From positions 1 to 60,285 of the IMG/VR virus record IMGVR_UViG_3300020045_004928: DNA of 60,285 bases, one strand, 5' to 3'. This DNA is from a virus (lineage: Duplodnaviria; Caudoviricetes). The notes under the pieces are model-generated. The model did not search any database. It saw only the letters and a program-made list of their open reading frames with translations, and was not told the DNA's origin. The position numbers and the translations under genes were made by a program. Of this stretch, positions 54,169 through 60,285 are shown in pieces. Position 1 is the first letter of the stretch. Every line of letters starts with the position of its first letter.

Positions 54169-55493
54169 TTAGAGTTAAGATTTCAGACTTTGGCGTAATC
54201 CAAAAGCTCCTTGCCGGGGCTAATGTCACATTCTTTCAGACAAACGATGATGGCTCAAATTCTGGGATATTGGCTTTTGTTTATGAAGCCGCGATTGGAA
54301 CAGAGCTTAGAAACAATCCGCAAACGCTTGATGAGAACGGCCAGCTATCCGTAGATTGCTTTGTTGATACTTCCATTATGTGCGAGATCAATAATATTTC
54401 AGACCTTGCGCAACGTCAGATCAAAAAGATCAAGGCCAATCCGCTCGATTATGCTTTGCCTGTAACTAATTCCACTTTTGAATCAGTGAATGTGATAGGC
54501 GCGGCTTCTGATGCGGCAGCTTCGGCAGCAGCAGCTCTCGTAAGTGAGAATGCGGCAGCTGTATCTGCAACGACCGCGACGACACAGGCAGGTATCGCAA
54601 CCACGCAGGCTGGAATTTCAACGACACAAGCCGGGATTGCCACTACTCAGGCTGGACTGGCTTCGGCAAGCGCCACGGCAGCGGCGGCATCAGCGTCAGG
54701 CTTCAAGGATAAAGGATCTGTAAGGGCTTCAACAACAGCGGCTCTTCCATCATCTACATACAACAACGGCGCGTCAGGCGTTGGTGCGACAATTACAAGC
54801 ACGACTAATAATGCTTTTCCATCTGCATCATCTGATACCGTCACCTTAGTATTGAACGATCTTTTGCTTGTTCAAAACCAAGCAGCTCCGGCACAAAACG
54901 GTATATATCGCCTGTCTCAAGTTGGAACCGGATCTGTCCCATGGATTTTGACCCGCGTTACAAACATGGACGTATGGGCAGAAGTCAACGGCGCTACTGT
55001 TGTTGTTGAAGAAGGCGCAACTCTTGCCGATAGCGCATGGTTATGTTCTGCCAATACTGGCGGGACAATGGGAACGACCTCTATAACATGGATTCCTTTC
55101 CCGCTTTTCATTCCAAATGCCAGTATTGTAGAAGGAAAACTTGATCCTGCTATAAAAGTAAACTTCCAGAAGTTCACTCAAAATATCCAAAGCGCAAACT
55201 ATACGCTTGTTCTGGCAGACGCTGGACAATCAGTGCAGCACCCATCATCAGACGCAACTGCAAGAACAACGACAATACCTGCAAACGCCTCTGTACCTTT
55301 TCCAATCGGGACAATGATCTTGTTAGACAATGATAACGGCGCTGGTGTTATGAACGTGGCAATCACTACAGATACATTGCGCCAAGCTGGTTCAGGCCTC
55401 ACAGGTCCACGGGCGATTGCAGCAAATGGCTTTGCTATTATCTGGAAAGTGAAAGCAACTGAATGGAAAATTAATGGAGTTGGGGTTAGCTAA
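54165..55493 (+). CDS. Tail fibre protein
   Basis: N-terminal NPQTLD.NG anchor; ATTQAG heptads; SVRASTT..L.LVQNQ..AQNGIY; C-terminal NYTLVL.D..TIP.N..FP.GT. Confidence 0.75.
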   Translation: MIRVKISDFGVIQKLLAGANVTFFQTNDDGSNSGILAFVYEAAIGTELRNNPQTLDENGQLSVDCFVDTSIMCEINNISDLAQRQIKKIKANPLDYALPVTNSTFESVNVIGAASDAAASAAAALVSENAAAVSATTATTQAGIATTQAGISTTQAGIATTQAGLASASATAAAASASGFKDKGSVRASTTAALPSSTYNNGASGVGATITSTTNNAFPSASSDTVTLVLNDLLLVQNQAAPAQNGIYRLSQVGTGSVPWILTRVTNMDVWAEVNGATVVVEEGATLADSAWLCSANTGGTMGTTSITWIPFPLFIPNASIVEGKLDPAIKVNFQKFTQNIQSANYTLVLADAGQSVQHPSSDATARTTTIPANASVPFPIGTMILLDNDNGAGVMNVAITTDTLRQAGSGLTGPRAIAANGFAIIWKVKATEWKINGVGVS

Positions 55494-56143
55494 TGCTTGA
55501 AAAGCTCCTTGCATCCATAAAGCCTGACGTTTCCTTTATTTGGAACGGACAAATTGCTGGAGCAAACAACGTAAATCCATTTTATGATGATGTTCCGGTC
55601 GGCCCTCCTGCTGAAAAAAGGCTCATTGTTATATCAGCAACTTCTGTACGCGGATCTGGTCTTACAAATACAATTACAGGCTGTACGATAAACGGCGTTG
55701 CTGCAAACCAAATATCTTCTTTAGGAACTGGTAACAATGGAGGAGCTTCTGCGCAGCTGGCCATGTTTTGGCTAGAGGTTCCGACAGGGAATACAATTGA
55801 TGTGCAGGTAACACTCGCAGCTTTAACAGGTACGGTCGTAAACCAATACATAGACGTATTCTCTGTTTACAATTATGACAGCCCTACACCCATAGTTGAT
55901 GCTGGGGGTGGACAAGTACAACCTACTGGCAGCGCCGTTTTATCTCAAACTATGAATATAAAAGCAGGTGGGTTGACAATTATTTCTGATGTTGTTCGAA
56001 CAGGTGGTTACACGCCATCAAGAGTGACAATCAATACAAGTTTAGGCGGAAGTTTTGATTCGGCTTATGATCGAGGCCCATCAGATCAAAGCCAAGCATA
56101 TTCTTTAGATTGCCGTATTCTTATCGGCGCACATTGGAGATAA
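55493..56143 (+). CDS. Tail-fibre-associated beta protein
   Basis: TAATG coupling; beta-rich. Confidence 0.55.
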   Translation: MLEKLLASIKPDVSFIWNGQIAGANNVNPFYDDVPVGPPAEKRLIVISATSVRGSGLTNTITGCTINGVAANQISSLGTGNNGGASAQLAMFWLEVPTGNTIDVQVTLAALTGTVVNQYIDVFSVYNYDSPTPIVDAGGGQVQPTGSAVLSQTMNIKAGGLTIISDVVRTGGYTPSRVTINTSLGGSFDSAYDRGPSDQSQAYSLDCRILIGAHWR

Positions 56144-56145
56144 AC

Positions 56146-56736
56146 ATGGAAGAATTATATGTAAGCATAGCTGTTGTTTTAATTTCAATCTGGGGAGCTT
56201 TCTGGGCGCGGGTTGATGGTGGAGGTATCATCGATACTCCAAACTGGTTTGAGCGCCTTATGTGCGCTTTGCCATTTCTCGGTTATGGCGCCGTAAATGC
56301 CTTCGCAGATTTCGGAGATAATCACGAAACTTATTGGGCTTTGCTTTGTATTCTGCCGTATCTTTTGATGGGCATGGACCCCGGATCTTATTTCTCATCA
56401 CGCCAAGCAAAGCTGATGGACAGTGAGCCGGGAGCAATCGACTGGATCGTGCGCATATTCTTTGGCCCAGATCCGCGAATTACATCGATCTCGCGTCCGT
56501 CTATCGGTCGTGTTCGCCTTGGAATGTTCCTGACAGGCCTCGCCCAGGTACTTGGCCCCCTGATTTATGCACTCATCATTGAAGATTACTTCTCTGCTAT
56601 AATGTTTTTCTTAGCAGGATTCGGCAGGGCTGTAGCTTATGCCGTGTTCTACGACACCGAAGATGCTGAACCAGCCAACGGCTTTCAACGGTCCTTCTTT
56701 GCGGCACTGGCGATATTCTTTGGAGGCATAAAATGA
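56146..56736 (+). CDS. Multi-pass membrane protein
   Basis: Several hydrophobic segments; RBS ggag. Confidence 0.6.
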   Translation: MEELYVSIAVVLISIWGAFWARVDGGGIIDTPNWFERLMCALPFLGYGAVNAFADFGDNHETYWALLCILPYLLMGMDPGSYFSSRQAKLMDSEPGAIDWIVRIFFGPDPRITSISRPSIGRVRLGMFLTGLAQVLGPLIYALIIEDYFSAIMFFLAGFGRAVAYAVFYDTEDAEPANGFQRSFFAALAIFFGGIK

Positions 56737-57080
56737 TGGGAAATAGTAATGAAGCTGTCAAGAAGATTGACGATGTTTCGGAAGCAATCGGTGGCCTCAA
56801 AGCCATCGCCGAGAGCATCGAAAAGAAAATCGACAACGTGGATCGCAGCGTGACCGACTTGATCAGAAGCGACGGCGCTCAAGAAGCTGCCATCAAATCA
56901 GCTCACAAACGCATTGATGATATGGGCATAGTCTGGGACGCCATGAACGCGGTCGTCAAAGAGCATGAAGCTTTGAAGAATAAGGCTTTCGGCATAATCG
57001 CCGTTCTCGGAGTTGTCGTTGGTGCTATCGGCGCAGGTCTATCTAAACTCGTTTCAATGTGGATGAGCCATGGCAACTAA
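56733..57080 (+). CDS. Coiled-coil protein with C-terminal TM (holin/XhlA-like candidate)
   Basis: AHKRID motif; C-terminal TM; immediately upstream of the endolysin. Confidence 0.5.
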   Translation: MMGNSNEAVKKIDDVSEAIGGLKAIAESIEKKIDNVDRSVTDLIRSDGAQEAAIKSAHKRIDDMGIVWDAMNAVVKEHEALKNKAFGIIAVLGVVVGAIGAGLSKLVSMWMSHGN

Positions 57081-57660
57081 GAAAGACAAATCACTATTAG
57101 CCGTTCTTGTTGCTGCTGGCGTTGCTGGCGGCATGGCTTTTACACCACCATTTGAAGGCAAGGAGAATCGTCCTTATGTCGAAAATATCGCTGGCGGCAG
57201 CAATGTCACATACTGTTTCGGTCACATGGGTAAACCAACCAAGAGTTATTATACTGATGCGGAATGCAAAATTATCTTGGAAAAAGACCTGATAAAGCAT
57301 GTCGATTACGTGGCCCAGAATACAGATCCGTATCTTGACCCGCTAATGTACACAGCCGTTGGAGACTTCGCTCTCAATACCGGCAACGGAAACTATTACA
57401 ATTCTTCCGTCCGTCGCCTTTTCAACGAAGGCAAGTTTCGTGAAGGGTGCAGCTTCATTCTGAAATACAAATTCGTCAAGGGAACAGACTGTTTTCTGCC
57501 CCAAAACGCCAAGATCTGTGGCGGCATCAAGATCCGTCGTGAAGCCGAAGCCAGCCTGTGCCATAAAGGCGTCGATAATATGGAGCAACAAAATAAGAAA
57601 AAGAAACAGGGCTTCTTTGAATGGCTCCTGTCTAATTTCAAGAAAGGTAGCGCGGCATGA
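57070..57660 (+). CDS. GH24 lysozyme, probable SAR endolysin
   Basis: N-terminal Gly/Ala-rich TM; FEG..PY..TYCFGH; DFALNTG.G..SS; GIK.RR.AE..LC. Confidence 0.8.
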   Translation: MATKKDKSLLAVLVAAGVAGGMAFTPPFEGKENRPYVENIAGGSNVTYCFGHMGKPTKSYYTDAECKIILEKDLIKHVDYVAQNTDPYLDPLMYTAVGDFALNTGNGNYYNSSVRRLFNEGKFREGCSFILKYKFVKGTDCFLPQNAKICGGIKIRREAEASLCHKGVDNMEQQNKKKKQGFFEWLLSNFKKGSAA

Positions 57661-58085
57661 CATACGCAAGGATGCTGATACAGGATTTTGCAACGGCCAA
57701 TAAAGCCTACGTGAACGCGGAGGTTACATTCTGGAAGGTCGTAAGCGGCCAGAAAACCAATGTCAAGGCTACGGTTTTTGCCAATATTTCAGGTGAAGGA
57801 TTACTGGCTAACCCGCAAATGCTTGATAGCTACGGTAAATTCAAAAGCCCTGTCTATGTAGCAGAGCCGATCATAATGACGGTTGATGGACTTTCTAACG
57901 CGCCTGATCACGATTCAGGAATTGTTACTCCAGATGCAGCCGTATTAACTGGCGCAGGATCTCCGCAGGGAGTTGTTGCAGCTCCGGTTAGCACAATGTA
58001 CCTGCGCACAGACGGAGGCACCAACACAACGATTTACGTCAAGGAAACAGGCGGAAACACTAACCTCGGATGGGTGGCGAAATGA
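57657..58085 (+). CDS. Short tail protein (anchor domain plus GSPQGVV.A..G motif)
   Basis: NPQMLD.YG; GAGSPQGVVAAPVSTMYLRTDGG..YVKE.G..GW. Confidence 0.65.
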   Translation: MTYARMLIQDFATANKAYVNAEVTFWKVVSGQKTNVKATVFANISGEGLLANPQMLDSYGKFKSPVYVAEPIIMTVDGLSNAPDHDSGIVTPDAAVLTGAGSPQGVVAAPVSTMYLRTDGGTNTTIYVKETGGNTNLGWVAK

Positions 58086-59974
58086 CAAGACGTATTGCTG
58101 ATTTTGATTTCTGGAAGCCCGGATATGGTGGCGCGGTCGTAAACATCTACGCTCCTGGCACGAACACGCTGATTAATATCTTTCTTGACGAGGCCTTGAC
58201 GGTACCAGCTGAGAACCCGCAGATCTTAAATGCCCTTATCGGCCCGGATGGCACCCGCTTCGGGAAATTTGCGCGTCCGGTTTATACAAACCAGCCGTAT
58301 TACTACAATATCCAAGGCACAGAGGACAGCGGCATCGTGCGCCCAAGTCTTTCATCTCTTGATGGAGAAGATGCAAGCACAGCCACGATCACAGCGGAAG
58401 GATCTGATTTCCCCGTTACTCTGGAGAAATTCGCTGCCATGACAGTCAATGTCGGCATGTACGGCCCATTCGTTTCCGGATCAGGCGGAATTGCAGCAAC
58501 CAATACTGCGACGTTAGAACTTGCGATTGCAGCTCTTCCAAACGGCGGTCAGGTTATTGTACCGGCTGGAACTTACAACGTAAACGGAACTGAAATTCCT
58601 CAAGGCGTTGAGATCGTCGGCTCTGGTCGGGAATCTACAATCCTGAAAAGCGTACTCGGTGCCGTCAGCTTTACAATGGTAGGTGGTCGCAGCGGTTTTC
58701 GGTCAATCACCCTTGATGGAAACTCTTTATCGTTAAATTCTATAGCGATTAAATCTGTTGGTAATGACGAGATCATTCTGGATAACGTGATGATCCGTCG
58801 CTTTGAAACCGGCTTGCATTGCATAGGCGGCAAAGGTCACATTTACAATGATCTTTCTATTGAGAACGTTGTTGTTGGAGCCAAGTTTCATGGTGACTTG
58901 AATACCGGAGGCGGCGGTGGAGGCGGAGTATTCTCAGACCTAGTTTGGACCGGAGGACTTGTAAGCGTGGCAACCAGCGCAGGAGTTTCATTCTCGTATG
59001 AAGATGAAATCTGCCACAATGCTCTTTTACAAGGCGTCGGTTTTGAAGATTGCCCTGGCATCGGTATGGTCATTAATGGCGCTCAGTCATTAAAGATTGA
59101 AGGATGCTGGTTTACTGGCAACACCATCAACGTAGATGTCCATGACGATTCACTGGTTCTGAATATCACCCAGGACTATCGCAATGACGTCATTAACGTA
59201 GACTTCTCAGGCGGTCGCATGAATGGCGGCAGCTTTACTGCAAGCGGAACATTGCAAAACGTCGCTCTCAGAAACATGAAGCTTGAAGATGTTGATTTTG
59301 TTATGGCCGTTCCTATCAAGAATTTCCTTGTCGTTCAGGATTGTTTTGAAGATACAGCGATCACGATCACAGGCGATACATCTAAGTTCTTGAGAAAAAC
59401 AACATCTCTCGACGGTACTTCATTAGGTTTAACAACGGCAGCCGTGGCGACAAAAGCATGGAACATGACTTTGAAGCCCGGACAAACTGTTTATCTCGAA
59501 GCCAAGGTAATTGCCAAGGGACGGAACAATACTGATAGAGCGATCTATCACAAGGCTGTCGGCGCATTTTTGGCAGGGGCAACGCTTAATTACGATACAC
59601 AAACTGCAAACTTTACGGTTGGCACGATCCTAACAGGCCAGACCAGTGGAGCATCTGGACGTATTCAAGCTGACTCTGATAGCGGGACAACCGGCGCTCT
59701 CACGCTTACTGATGTCCAAGGGACGTTTATCGATAACGAGATCATCACTGATAACAACGGAACTCCGGGTAGCGCAACTGCAAACGGTCTTATCGTTGTT
59801 GGGAATGTCAGCCTTGATACCGTTGGCACAGTTAGTTTGAGGGCAGATTACGAAACGACAGCCGGTTTTGATGTTACCTTCGTTCCTAATCAGCAGGACA
59901 TCGAAGTTCGTGTTCTCGGAGCTGCAAGTAAAACAGTCGAATGGACCTGTAACGTAACGGTGGTATCGAGCTAA
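58082..59974 (+). CDS. Tailspike with right-handed beta-helix (pectate-lyase-like)
   Basis: NV..YG..AL..AIAA..GG.V.VPAGTY..V.IVG.G..ST. Confidence 0.75.
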   Translation: MTRRIADFDFWKPGYGGAVVNIYAPGTNTLINIFLDEALTVPAENPQILNALIGPDGTRFGKFARPVYTNQPYYYNIQGTEDSGIVRPSLSSLDGEDASTATITAEGSDFPVTLEKFAAMTVNVGMYGPFVSGSGGIAATNTATLELAIAALPNGGQVIVPAGTYNVNGTEIPQGVEIVGSGRESTILKSVLGAVSFTMVGGRSGFRSITLDGNSLSLNSIAIKSVGNDEIILDNVMIRRFETGLHCIGGKGHIYNDLSIENVVVGAKFHGDLNTGGGGGGGVFSDLVWTGGLVSVATSAGVSFSYEDEICHNALLQGVGFEDCPGIGMVINGAQSLKIEGCWFTGNTINVDVHDDSLVLNITQDYRNDVINVDFSGGRMNGGSFTASGTLQNVALRNMKLEDVDFVMAVPIKNFLVVQDCFEDTAITITGDTSKFLRKTTSLDGTSLGLTTAAVATKAWNMTLKPGQTVYLEAKVIAKGRNNTDRAIYHKAVGAFLAGATLNYDTQTANFTVGTILTGQTSGASGRIQADSDSGTTGALTLTDVQGTFIDNEIITDNNGTPGSATANGLIVVGNVSLDTVGTVSLRADYETTAGFDVTFVPNQQDIEVRVLGAASKTVEWTCNVTVVSS

Positions 59975-60285
59975 TGGGCGATTGGGTAGATATCCAGTTA
60001 AATAAAAAGTTGTTTAAGAACGTCGATCAAGACGCTCTTACAGCAACTTTTGTTGCGCTTGAAAATAGCTTTGTCACAGAGGCTAATGGATTATCACGCT
60101 TTCCGGGCTTGAAACTGTTTGCTGATCTTGGTGGAAATGCCCAAGTCAAAATGAATAAATTCGGAACCGACATGATAGCTGTTGGGACTGATGGTGTAAC
60201 TCACCGATTAAATAACCGTGGCGCAAAAACAAAGATAGAAGGCGCTCCCGTTCTTGGTGGATATAAAGCTTCATTCGCACGTACC
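59974..60285 (+). CDS. 5' part of the gp10-like tail hub gene (continues across the junction to 1228)
   Basis: TAATG coupling; MGDWVDIQLNKKLFKNVD..LSRFPGLKLFADLGG.. runs into MIAVGTDG. Confidence 0.8.
   Translation, partial: MGDWVDIQLNKKLFKNVDQDALTATFVALENSFVTEANGLSRFPGLKLFADLGGNAQVKMNKFGTDMIAVGTDGVTHRLNNRGAKTKIEGAPVLGGYKASFART
60165..60285. repeat. Terminal overlap, copy 2
   Basis: Identical to 1-121. Confidence 0.95.

Noticed and set aside
54576-54659. 21-bp tandem repeat as CRISPR, DGR or VNTR
   Set aside because: It encodes four (A/S)TTQAG(I/L) heptads with diverged synonymous positions; a protein-level coiled-coil repeat
1-60285. CRISPR array, DGR/retron, intron/intein or alternative genetic code
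   Set aside because: No repeat-spacer array, reverse transcriptase or interrupted core gene was seen; genes end in TAA, TGA and TAG with tight coupling under code 11

Overview
The window looks like one complete, circularly assembled tailed-phage genome. Bases 1-121 repeat at 60165-60285, giving a unit length of 60,164 bp, and one gene reads in frame across the join. The virion module is podovirus-like: terminase small and large subunits, P22-like portal, scaffold, N4-gp56-type major capsid, head-tail adaptor, gp10-like tail hub, tail fibre and tailspike, ejection proteins and a 3,636-aa polyvalent protein. An alphaproteobacterial-type CspA and a DUF1376/YdaU-like replication protein suggest an alphaproteobacterial host (inference). 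I recognise no DNA polymerase, helicase or tyrosine integrase; there is a small serine recombinase. Most unexplained signal is non-coding. (1) At 30.2-31.7 kb an acidic peptide and an unannotated histone-H1-like peptide are each followed by the same hairpin module and then a structured RNA. One RNA is ~470 nt with rRNA-like motifs; the other is tRNA-shaped, with a compensated T19:A56 elbow pair and an enlarged anticodon domain. CspA closes the operon. (2) An 18-bp palindromic operator sits at six promoter-like sites, including two similar divergent switches. (3) A c4-like RNA has a loop complementary to the RBS of the replication gene. (4) A small DUF2292-like ORF, an attenuator and repeated leader hairpins lie before the scaffold gene. 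All family calls come from motif recognition by eye; no database search or folding program was run.
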